Assembly: GCA_946186915.1 (NCBI GenBank)
Contig: CAMHOY010000014.1
Span: forward strand, 1,243-65,242
DNA: 64,000 bases
Reading direction: 5' to 3'
DNA from: an uncultured Bacteroidales bacterium
GTDB taxonomy: Bacteria > Bacteroidota > Bacteroidia > Bacteroidales > Paludibacteraceae
Position numbers and translations under genes: made by a program. The notes beneath the pieces were generated by a model. It was not told the origin of the DNA, did not search any database, and saw only the letters and a list, made by a program, of their open reading frames with translations. Each line of letters opens with the position of its first letter. Positions within the stretch are counted from its first letter, which is position 1. Positions 54,462 through 63,100 of this stretch are shown here, one piece after another.

Positions 54462-55163
54462 ATGACTGAAACAAATTTAATAGAGTTTTTTTGTCAACCA
54501 ATGAATTTCGTGCAAGGGATTATTTTATTAACTCTATCTATAGGGTTATATTGGTTAATTGCATATTTTAGAAAATCAGGAAGCAATACTGCCGACAAGA
54601 AGGATAAGCGTGGGATTTCTTATGAGGGCAAAAAAGGCGAGAATATAGCAGATGAAGAAGATCAGGTTTCTCAAACGCAAAAAGAAAGGTTAATAAAAAT
54701 CTTATATATTGCAGAAAAGATTAACCAAGCGCAAAACAAATATTTTCTATACTTGTACGATCTTTCAAACAGAACGAGGTTAGATAAGTTAGTAGAAGAT
54801 ATCAATGAACTATTAACTGATTTATATCACGAGCAAAGATTAGCAAATATTTTTCTACCAGATGAACAGCAAAAGATGATGGATGAATTAGTTACAAATG
54901 CTAGTGGTATCGTGGTCGAGTTGTCAACAAACTCTTCAAATGCTGGTAATTGTATATCTGCCTTTAATCATTTTATGGATTATGCCAATATTCATAAAGA
55001 AGAGCAAAGCACATATTGGGAACATTCTAAAAAATGTATGGGGCAAATTGAAGAAATGAAAAAGAAAAAACTGATGTTTAAGGAAGAATATCAGCAATCA
55101 ATACAGAAATATGCAAGTTGGTTAGGTGAGTACATTAGACAGAATATAAAAGTAATGGAGTGA
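54462..55163 (+). CDS. single-pass membrane protein with an all-helical C-terminal region
   Basis: TM segment GIILLTLSIGLYWLIAYF, a Lys-rich linker and then ~150 aa of predicted helix. It begins 5 nt after the TIR stop. Confidence 0.5.
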   Translation: MTETNLIEFFCQPMNFVQGIILLTLSIGLYWLIAYFRKSGSNTADKKDKRGISYEGKKGENIADEEDQVSQTQKERLIKILYIAEKINQAQNKYFLYLYDLSNRTRLDKLVEDINELLTDLYHEQRLANIFLPDEQQKMMDELVTNASGIVVELSTNSSNAGNCISAFNHFMDYANIHKEEQSTYWEHSKKCMGQIEEMKKKKLMFKEEYQQSIQKYASWLGEYIRQNIKVME

Positions 55164-55263
55164 AGTCATAGTGGCGTGGGTTGTGATTGTCGGACTAAAC
55201 TCTAATAGTCTAATACTACATTTCTTTTCTAAGATGTGAAATAAAGAAAAGTTTAGCAATACC

Positions 55264-57042
55264 ATGGTTGAAATATGTTATTTCTTTATACAAAGTTTTC
55301 GTTCTCTACATGAAATAGGAATCAGTCTGGATGCGCATTATTTGTATTCAATCGATAAGGAGAAAAGAGAGATAATGATAAGACCGAATCCTACTTATGT
55401 GAAAGGGTTCTGGTCTGAAGGTATATCATCTATTTCTGCTATTGTCGGGAATAACGGAGCAGGAAAAACATCTGCCTTACTATATATGATTCAAGCATTA
55501 GAGGAAGGAAATGGAGAGGATGAAGTGATGGCAATTATCATATATAGGCAGAATGGAGTATTATATGCTTATATGCCGGAGAGTTATAGTTATGGCTATA
55601 GTTTAATATGTGATATCTCAGAACCAATTCATTTGGTAAAACAAAGGCCAAGATTGAATATATTTTATTATTCGTCATATTTCCGACCATATCAAAATTG
55701 GTTCGAACCGGGCGAAGGAGAATTTAGCGGTGTATATAATGCATCTGATACATGGCGATTGATAAAAGACTATCAAGATTATGCTAATATAGATACGATG
55801 CATCGGACAGAATCTGTCGGCGAGCATATGGACGCCCTACATATTCAAGACAACAACAGAATAGTGCAGCTAATTTGTGACAGGGAGTTGCGTGAACTTC
55901 TGCCAAAGAATACAATCCCACAATATATTATCATTAGTCCGAATATGTCAGGTTACGACCGACTGAACTACGAGCGAAGAAAAAAGGATCCTCGGGGGGA
56001 CGGGATTTCTTTACCTTTATTCGAATCGTCAGAGGAGAAAGGCCTGGCTGATATAGTAACTGCGAGTTTGTGCAGTATCGGAGTTGAGCACGCAATGTTA
56101 TCTGACTATGTCCAAAATATTCTTGATAAATGGGCAGACTTATTCAAAGAAAAAAAGAATGTGCAAACAGCATTGGCAGAATTAGCGGATGAGTTTATTG
56201 AAGTGCATGAGCATATTCAAGAGTTGCAGGAGGTTGTTCTTTTTTTGAAAGATACATGCGAGAAAGGTGATGATATCGATGTGTTGTATATCGATTCCAA
56301 TAAGCCGGACAGTTACGAATGTATTAATAAACTGAAGGAATATTTCTCGATGCGCTCCTTTGTTGTGGCGCATTATTTTGATTTGTATTTTTCTCATGTC
56401 CCTTATTCTACTTCTCGATTGAGTTCTGGAGAATATGACATGCTCAAATTTTTCTCTCGGTTATATGATGCAGTCTGCATACAGCCGAGTCGCTTTGACA
56501 ATCTGACCAGCCCGCAATTATTATTGATTGATGAGGCAGAGAATAGCTATCATCCAGAATGGCAAAGAAAGTTTGTAAGTCTGTTAGTGAAGTTCACGCA
56601 AGCACTTTATGGCAGAACCGGAAATCATAGAGCATTTCAGATTATATTGACCACCCATTCCCCTATTCTATTGTCGGATATTCCCCGAATGTTTGTCAAT
56701 TATCTCGAAAAAGATGAAGAAACAGGACTAGTGTCAGTATCAAGTCGACAACCAGAGACCTTTGGCACGAATGTTTTTGAATTGTATAAGCATGCGTTCT
56801 TTATGGATAAAGGGCTGATTGGGGAGTTTGCTCAAGATAAAATAAGGGGTGTCCAATATGCGATAGAGCATCGCACTCTTTCCAGAGATGAAATCTTGCA
56901 AACGATAGAGTTAATAGGAGATAAAGCGATAAAAATTTATTTTTATTCGTTATTGGAAAGAGATGGCGAGGAAGAAATGCTGTCATATTATGAGCATAAA
57001 GTATTAGAACTAAAGGATAATATACATGCAGCAGATAAATAA
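55264..57042 (+). CDS. ABC-like AAA ATPase (AAA_15/21 type; Septu PtuA-like)
   Basis: Walker A GNNGAGKTS, Walker B LLLIDEAENSYHP and TTHSPILL. Confidence 0.75.
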   Translation: MVEICYFFIQSFRSLHEIGISLDAHYLYSIDKEKREIMIRPNPTYVKGFWSEGISSISAIVGNNGAGKTSALLYMIQALEEGNGEDEVMAIIIYRQNGVLYAYMPESYSYGYSLICDISEPIHLVKQRPRLNIFYYSSYFRPYQNWFEPGEGEFSGVYNASDTWRLIKDYQDYANIDTMHRTESVGEHMDALHIQDNNRIVQLICDRELRELLPKNTIPQYIIISPNMSGYDRLNYERRKKDPRGDGISLPLFESSEEKGLADIVTASLCSIGVEHAMLSDYVQNILDKWADLFKEKKNVQTALAELADEFIEVHEHIQELQEVVLFLKDTCEKGDDIDVLYIDSNKPDSYECINKLKEYFSMRSFVVAHYFDLYFSHVPYSTSRLSSGEYDMLKFFSRLYDAVCIQPSRFDNLTSPQLLLIDEAENSYHPEWQRKFVSLLVKFTQALYGRTGNHRAFQIILTTHSPILLSDIPRMFVNYLEKDEETGLVSVSSRQPETFGTNVFELYKHAFFMDKGLIGEFAQDKIRGVQYAIEHRTLSRDEILQTIELIGDKAIKIYFYSLLERDGEEEMLSYYEHKVLELKDNIHAADK

Positions 57043-57967
57043 AAATAGTGGGCGATTGGGTTTTGACGGACAGTTTCGGAAATGGGAAACAATAGAAGAT
57101 GAATTCAAAACGAGATTCCTATCTGGAATAATAACCGAGTTACAAACTATGCAGCAATCTTCAGACCCGAAATTTCACGGATTGTTGCGATGGTGTATTG
57201 ATAATACTGTAGATTGGATTGTAGCTAAGCCACTTGCATTGAAAACGGCGAAAGAAACAGCTGATAGATTGGGATATACGGAGTTGCTAAAAGGAGATAA
57301 GATATTCCGCGACCAATTAAAAAATGCATACGGATATGACCATGATAAATTGTTGTTTTTAGCAAATTGGTTAAATGTGAAGACTTGTCCGTATTGCAAT
57401 ATGCATTACACGCTTTATGCAGAGGACTATATAAAGAAAAGAACGATTCATAAAATGGCGAAATTCCAGTTTGACCATTTCTATAGCAAAGCAGAATATC
57501 CGATGTTTGGCATGTCGATGTATAACTTGATTCCATCGTGTGCATCTTGTAATCAAGGCAAATCGAAAGGTGAACTCAGTTTGGATTTTCATCCATATTA
57601 TACGGATATAGGAAGGAATTTTAAATTTGAGGTAAAGAATCCAATACCGCTTTTGATTGGGAAAGATGAAGATGATTTGGATGTCCATTTAATGCCCATA
57701 AATGGGGCGAATCTGACTGACTTTAAGAATAAATTCCATATAGAAGGATTATACCAGCGTCATAAAGATGTGGCACGAGAGGTGTTTGCTAGAGCATATG
57801 TTGATGCATATTATGGTAATTGGATGAACTTTGCTTTTCTGGAAGATCAAAAATTAGCAGAAAGGATAAGTAAAGGATTTTATTATAGCGAGGATGAAAT
57901 TGAATTGCGCCCTATGACTAAATTCCAACAAGACCTGTGGAAACAGGCGAAAGGAATAATTGGGTAA
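57026..57967 (+). CDS. HNH endonuclease (Septu PtuB-like)
   Basis: CPYCN...FDHF...YNLIPSCASCNQGK (CxxC-DH-N-CxxC). It overlaps the ATPase gene by 17 nt. Confidence 0.7.
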   Translation: MQQINKNSGRLGFDGQFRKWETIEDEFKTRFLSGIITELQTMQQSSDPKFHGLLRWCIDNTVDWIVAKPLALKTAKETADRLGYTELLKGDKIFRDQLKNAYGYDHDKLLFLANWLNVKTCPYCNMHYTLYAEDYIKKRTIHKMAKFQFDHFYSKAEYPMFGMSMYNLIPSCASCNQGKSKGELSLDFHPYYTDIGRNFKFEVKNPIPLLIGKDEDDLDVHLMPINGANLTDFKNKFHIEGLYQRHKDVAREVFARAYVDAYYGNWMNFAFLEDQKLAERISKGFYYSEDEIELRPMTKFQQDLWKQAKGIIG

Positions 57968-59203
57968 TTGTTGGGTGTGAAGAGTAACGAAGGACTGAAC
58001 ATATCATCCAAAGAGTTATCTCCTGAAGGGCGTAAACAACTGTGTGCCACGTTAGGGCTAAATATGCTTGCTTATCGAGTGCAAGCAAATTGGTTATTTG
58101 CGCGCCTTCAAGAGAAACAAGAAACAAATCAGGATTTACTATTTCGAATAACCATCATCAGTATGGATTTGTGTGCGTCTATTCGTGCATGTCTGCGATA
58201 TGAGAACTCTTATGAGCGAAGGTATCATATCAAGTATATGATAGTTAATCTATACGAAGCATACAGCGCATTTTATAATGAGGCTTCGGATAGAAAATCG
58301 TATATAGCCAAATGGGAAAGTAGAAATCCTTCCATAAAGGATGATGAAGTGTATGTAGCATTATGCAAAGAGTTAGAAGGATTGAGAGTACAATTACATG
58401 ATGATATCAAAGATTCGCGTAATAGTTTTGCGCATTATGATGACGATCCTATAGAGACTGCAAAATTCATACTCGGCATAGATAGCGAAGAAAAACCAAC
58501 GAGATGGAGTTGCGATTTGCTTAAGGTTTTTCATATGATGAAGAAGGTGTGTGAAACGCGACATAAATTCGTTATTGATGCGTCGGTACAGTCTATCTCG
58601 TTAGAGACAATTATAGTGGGATTGGTTCGTAAACAGTTGAGAAGCAATAAGGATTTGATAGAATGTGTAATGGAGGTGTCGGGGACAGCAGAGAAAGATT
58701 TGCGAGAAGACATTTGCTCGTTTGAGTTTATCAAAAAGTATGGCGATAATAGTCAAGAGATAGTTTTGCTACTCATGAGAATCAATGTCTTGATTCAAAT
58801 CATGCGTGCTGATTTGGCATCGGCAGTAAAGGCTTGTATTTATTCGGATTCAGATATGGAATGTGTGATGCAAATCCGTAGATTAGTTATCATCCGGCAG
58901 GAAGGAATTGGACATTTGCAAGATTTGTGGAGTCAGATGCCGGAAACGCTTATTGATAAGGAGGATAATGCGCATATAGAAGCGATAAAGAATGAGATTC
59001 TAAACGGAGAACGGAACAAATTGCTTCACTATCGTTACAGGAGTAGCGATTATATAAAGTTCTGCTATGCATATTGCTCTAATAGTCTTAATATGATTAA
59101 TGGATTGATTGATGTGCCACCATTGCTGAATGAGTTAACTGCTCTGGAACAAAGCCTGACACGAAAATTGCTGAGAGTTAGAGACGAAAATCTCCATAAT
59201 TAG
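57968..59203 (+). CDS. helical protein with two Rx4H motifs (tandem HEPN-like)
   Basis: RNSFAH lies in the first half and RNKLLH in the second, each at the end of a ~190-aa helical unit. It starts directly after the HNH stop. The start codon is uncertain (TTG at 57968, first ATG at 58064). Confidence 0.5.
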   Translation: MLGVKSNEGLNISSKELSPEGRKQLCATLGLNMLAYRVQANWLFARLQEKQETNQDLLFRITIISMDLCASIRACLRYENSYERRYHIKYMIVNLYEAYSAFYNEASDRKSYIAKWESRNPSIKDDEVYVALCKELEGLRVQLHDDIKDSRNSFAHYDDDPIETAKFILGIDSEEKPTRWSCDLLKVFHMMKKVCETRHKFVIDASVQSISLETIIVGLVRKQLRSNKDLIECVMEVSGTAEKDLREDICSFEFIKKYGDNSQEIVLLLMRINVLIQIMRADLASAVKACIYSDSDMECVMQIRRLVIIRQEGIGHLQDLWSQMPETLIDKEDNAHIEAIKNEILNGERNKLLHYRYRSSDYIKFCYAYCSNSLNMINGLIDVPPLLNELTALEQSLTRKLLRVRDENLHN

Positions 59204-59267
59204 AGCTATTAATAGGTGAAAAAATACTTGTTTTGATTACAAAATAAAGAAAAAAAACATTTTTGTG

Positions 59268-59298
59268 TCCATATACTTGTGTATATGGATTATTTTTT
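59268..59298 (+). terminator. rho-independent terminator
   Basis: TCCATATAC-ttgt-GTATATGGA followed by TTATTTTTT. Confidence 0.75.
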
Positions 59299-59307
59299 GT
59301 AATTTTG
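59276..59307 (+). promoter_or_regulatory. promoter of the second GT2 gene, nested in the terminator hairpin
   Basis: cTTG at 59276-59279 lies in the hairpin loop. TAATTTTG at 59300-59307 follows 20 bp later. Confidence 0.55.
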
Positions 59308-59333
59308 TACGCTAAATTGTGATATAAAATCAA

Positions 59334-60191
59334 ATGAAAACCAACCAACCATTATTTTCGGTACTGATTGCCAATTATAATAATGGCAAATATCTGATGG
59401 ATGCGGTAGAGAGTGTCCGTCAGCAGACGTATGCGAACTGGGAGATTGTTCTGGTGGATGATGCATCTACGGATAACTCCAAAGAATTATACAAGGAGTT
59501 AGAAAAAGACGAACGTATCCATATCTATCGCAATGATAAGAATATGGGCTGCGGCTATACGAAGCGTCGATGTGCTGAGTTGGCAAAAGGAGACTTGTGT
59601 GGTTTTTTAGATCCGGATGATGTGTTATTACCAAATGCGATAGGGGATAGTGTGAGGAATCTGGAAGCACATCCGGATTGTGTGCTGAGTTTTTCAAGGT
59701 TCTATACTTGTGATGAGAAATTGAACAAGACGGGTGAGTGCCGATTATTAGAACTGAATGGCAAGAGTTATTTCGAGAATCGTGATTATTGTCCCGAGCA
59801 CTTCGTCGCATTCCGTAAAGAGGCGTATGATAAATCGGGGGGAATAGATGCAACTCTGAAAGCTGGAGTAGACCAAGATTTGTATTTTCGGTTGGAAGAG
59901 GTAGGCGAGGCAGTGGTCCTTAATAAATTCACGTATCTGTATCGACAGAACACGAATGCATTGACATCGAATCCATATTGGTGCTATTATTGGAATACAA
60001 TTGTGCGGCATAATACTTGTCAACGTCGCGGCTTGCCGGATAAGGACTATGCGTATGCGGACTTCTTGCAGATAGTGACAGAGAATGAAAAATATGCACA
60101 AGAACAAGTAGTGAAGATGCAACAATCCAAAGCCTACCGCCTAGGTAAATTGTTGCTCAAACCATTTGGATGGATGAAGAGAAAGAAATGA
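59334..60191 (+). CDS. family 2 glycosyltransferase
   Basis: FSVLIANYNNGKYLMDAVESVRQQ...IVLVDDASTDNS...LDPDDVL. Confidence 0.85.
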   Translation: MKTNQPLFSVLIANYNNGKYLMDAVESVRQQTYANWEIVLVDDASTDNSKELYKELEKDERIHIYRNDKNMGCGYTKRRCAELAKGDLCGFLDPDDVLLPNAIGDSVRNLEAHPDCVLSFSRFYTCDEKLNKTGECRLLELNGKSYFENRDYCPEHFVAFRKEAYDKSGGIDATLKAGVDQDLYFRLEEVGEAVVLNKFTYLYRQNTNALTSNPYWCYYWNTIVRHNTCQRRGLPDKDYAYADFLQIVTENEKYAQEQVVKMQQSKAYRLGKLLLKPFGWMKRKK

Positions 60192-60216
60192 TAAATTATT
60201 AAAACAAATTTGAATC

Positions 60217-60627
60217 ATGGCATCTAAAACTTACACCTTGAATTTTATTGGTTATAAATGGGAGAAAGATTTGCCTAATGAGACAGGTATCTATCTCACG
60301 TATACAGTAAAATACAATGAAAACGAACAAAAGTATTATCTAGATAAACTAGTTTATATTGGGGAATCTGAGGATATAAAAGAGCGCCAGGCTGAACATT
60401 TTGCAGATGGAGACTATCCTCGGGGTACGAAATTAGCATATGCATATGCTTTGTTATCAGGTGATGAGAATCATCGTAAACGATGTGAAGCTGCTTTGAT
60501 ATTCAAAGTAAAACCCGAATGGAATACAGCAAACAAACAGTCATTCAACTATGAATCAACTACTGTAGATTCAGTTGGAGAGCACTTTGGCATCCCCGAA
60601 GAATTCATCGTGAGTAGATTGATTTAG
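60217..60627 (+). CDS. stand-alone GIY-YIG-like nuclease domain protein
   Basis: GIYLTY...LVYIGESEDIKERQAEH...CEAALI...WN. The GIY, YIG, R, E and N positions are in the expected order. Confidence 0.55.
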   Translation: MASKTYTLNFIGYKWEKDLPNETGIYLTYTVKYNENEQKYYLDKLVYIGESEDIKERQAEHFADGDYPRGTKLAYAYALLSGDENHRKRCEAALIFKVKPEWNTANKQSFNYESTTVDSVGEHFGIPEEFIVSRLI

Positions 60628-60687
60628 AAAAGCATAGAAGGCATATCAACTTGGTAAAGCGTTGTTGCGGTTGAGAAGGAAATAGTT

Positions 60688-61869
60688 ATGTTTGAATCTA
60701 TAGTCATAAAATATAATAAACACTATCATACTCTCGGTAATATAATCGAGTGCTTGTTGTTTTATGACGACGTGAATCTTATTGTCGACAAAATAGAGGA
60801 TTTGCCATCCTTGTGGGCAAAAATTGGAATAGATGGATTAATCCGACTTAAAAACTATGGACTACATCTATTTATGTCGACAAGCACAATTGGATGTGGA
60901 GATGTAACAGGGAATGGAGAAGATGTATACTATTTTCATTTATGTGAAGAAAGTATGCGACATCGTATTTGCGAAAAAGCGGTTAAGGAATTTTATGAGA
61001 CAGAGACATTAGATTCGAAAAAACAAAAAATCGTGCAACTCTATCATGATGCATCCGAGGATTTCTCATACCCAGAACGTGCGAGAGAGGCAATGCATGA
61101 TGATATATACCAGCATTTCGTACATAAAGAAATACTTCAAGCTCAACTAAAGGAGATAAACTCACCGCTTTCTATGTTTGATCCGCATAATAAGTATGAG
61201 TTTAAAAAAGTATCTAATGGCTTTGTCTTTAACACTACATTGTTGACCGGAGAGTTAGAAGAACAAGCACGTAGGGAAGGCTATGTAGATATGCAATTCA
61301 GACATGCTACATTTTTGATTAAGCTTACTGAAATGTATGGAGTAATGGATTTTGCTGCAGAAAAAGATAGTGCTCTGTGTGTTACACCTGCTGAGTCTAT
61401 TATTGTTTCATGTAAGCAAAAGGATATACTACAGAGATATTCAGAAGAGCATACTCAAATAGAGAATTTCGAGAAATTAGAGGTGTCTTCGTTTGCGAGC
61501 ATAGCAGAGGTTGTGGATTCAGGAGAAAAGTCCATTGATGAAATATGCGAATTGCTTGATTGTGCACAAGAATTTAAGGATTGGAAAAGAAGTTTGTCCA
61601 ATGAAAGTGATTTCTTGGTAGAATATCAAAAAGCACTGCAATCTAATTTGCCGTGGGTGCAGAGATTACCTATTAAATGGACTCGTCTAATACTCACATC
61701 CGGAATAGGCCTTATTCCTCTAGTAGGAAGTGTATTAGGCCCTGTTGCAAGCGGACTGGATACCTTCTTGATTGACAAGTGGCAAGCAGGTGGTTGGAAA
61801 CCGGCACAGTTTGTAAATGGTGAACTGAAGCGGTTTGTGAGCGAAATGAAAAAGGATGAGACACGATAA
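60688..61869 (+). CDS. hypothetical protein with a C-terminal hydrophobic/Gly-rich segment
   Basis: 393 aa with no recognisable catalytic motif. The C-terminus ILTSGIGLIPLVGSVLGPVASGL is probably membrane-inserting. Confidence 0.45.
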   Translation: MFESIVIKYNKHYHTLGNIIECLLFYDDVNLIVDKIEDLPSLWAKIGIDGLIRLKNYGLHLFMSTSTIGCGDVTGNGEDVYYFHLCEESMRHRICEKAVKEFYETETLDSKKQKIVQLYHDASEDFSYPERAREAMHDDIYQHFVHKEILQAQLKEINSPLSMFDPHNKYEFKKVSNGFVFNTTLLTGELEEQARREGYVDMQFRHATFLIKLTEMYGVMDFAAEKDSALCVTPAESIIVSCKQKDILQRYSEEHTQIENFEKLEVSSFASIAEVVDSGEKSIDEICELLDCAQEFKDWKRSLSNESDFLVEYQKALQSNLPWVQRLPIKWTRLILTSGIGLIPLVGSVLGPVASGLDTFLIDKWQAGGWKPAQFVNGELKRFVSEMKKDETR

Positions 61870-61898
61870 TCGAAAATGGAAAAACTAAAACAATACAA

Positions 61899-61906
61899 TA
61901 TATTTG
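61899..61906 (+). promoter_or_regulatory. possible -7 box for the DUF262 operon
   Basis: TATATTTG lies 25 nt upstream of the ATG. There is no good -33 element. Confidence 0.4.
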
Positions 61907-61930
61907 TCAAATTTTTAATAGTTTAATATT

Positions 61931-63100
61931 ATGGAAGAACTAGATGAAAAAATGTATGATGGTGACTACGATGTGAATGAGGATGACGTTAATGTTACCG
62001 AATACAACATATCTGTAGCGCCTAATGATTTTAACATTAAGACAATTTTTGACTTTATAGAGCATGGTGTTGTTAAAATCCCAGCATTTCAAAGGAATTA
62101 TGTCTGGGATATTAAACACGCATCAAAATTAATAGAGTCTCTACTCATTGGCGTACCCATTCCGCAAGTATTCTTGTATGAAGAGAAGAAGAATAGTTTT
62201 TTAGTAATAGATGGACAGCAACGCTTGATGACTATTTATTATTTTATGAAAAAGCGTTTCCCTCGTAAGGATAAGCGTGTGGAATTGAGACAAATATTTG
62301 ATCAGAAACATACAATACCGGATGAAATTCTTCATGATAATCAATATTTTAGTGACTTTAACTTAGTGCTTCCTGAAAATTTACCAGATAAAAAAAACAG
62401 GTTTAACAAGAAAAATTATGCCACATTAAATGACGAAGATAGAATATCCTTTGAACTAAAGACGCTAAGAAATATTATAGTCAAGCAAGCAGTAGTTGAA
62501 GAGGATGACTCTGTGGTATTTGAGATATTTAATCGTCTTAATTCCGGAGGCGTCAACTTAAAACCGCAAGAGATACGCACTAGTTTATTTCATTCGGCTT
62601 TCTATGATATGCTTTATCGCATAAACCTAATAGAACAATGGAGGTACTTGCTGACGAATGAGACACCAAATATTAATATGAAAGATGTCGAAATCTTACT
62701 TCGGGGATTTGCTATGTTAGTTCTTCATGGGGAGTATAAACCAAGCATGAATAAATTTTTAAATGTATTCTCTAGAAAAGCACAGAGTTTTAAAGAAGGG
62801 GATATTGCGTTTTACGAAGGTTTATTTGTCCGGTTTTGTGAAATGATGTCGGCATTAGAAGACAATTCGATATTTTTAACAAACAAGAATCGATTTAATA
62901 TATCTGTTTACGAGGCGGTGTTCACTGCGTTATGCGAAGAGGCATATATTGCTAAAGACGTGTCTCTTATTAAGGAGACAACCATAGAAAAGATTAAAGC
63001 ACTTAAAGAGGATCCTGCATTTTTAAACGCTTCCTTGCAAAGCACAGCTAGCTCTAATAATGTAACGATTCGTATTAAGAAGGCGAAAGAAATGTTATGA
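61931..63100 (+). CDS. DUF262 (ParB/GmrSD N-terminal-like) protein without a DUF1524 nuclease domain
   Basis: IPAFQRNYVW and VIDGQQRLMT motifs. Confidence 0.85.
   Translation: MEELDEKMYDGDYDVNEDDVNVTEYNISVAPNDFNIKTIFDFIEHGVVKIPAFQRNYVWDIKHASKLIESLLIGVPIPQVFLYEEKKNSFLVIDGQQRLMTIYYFMKKRFPRKDKRVELRQIFDQKHTIPDEILHDNQYFSDFNLVLPENLPDKKNRFNKKNYATLNDEDRISFELKTLRNIIVKQAVVEEDDSVVFEIFNRLNSGGVNLKPQEIRTSLFHSAFYDMLYRINLIEQWRYLLTNETPNINMKDVEILLRGFAMLVLHGEYKPSMNKFLNVFSRKAQSFKEGDIAFYEGLFVRFCEMMSALEDNSIFLTNKNRFNISVYEAVFTALCEEAYIAKDVSLIKETTIEKIKALKEDPAFLNASLQSTASSNNVTIRIKKAKEML

Noticed and set aside
55695-55712. A GGTTCGAACC-like string that could mark a tRNA T-arm.
   Set aside because: It lies inside the ATPase CDS and has no acceptor or anticodon stems around it. 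I found no tRNA, rRNA or tmRNA-like sequence in any intergenic region by eye.
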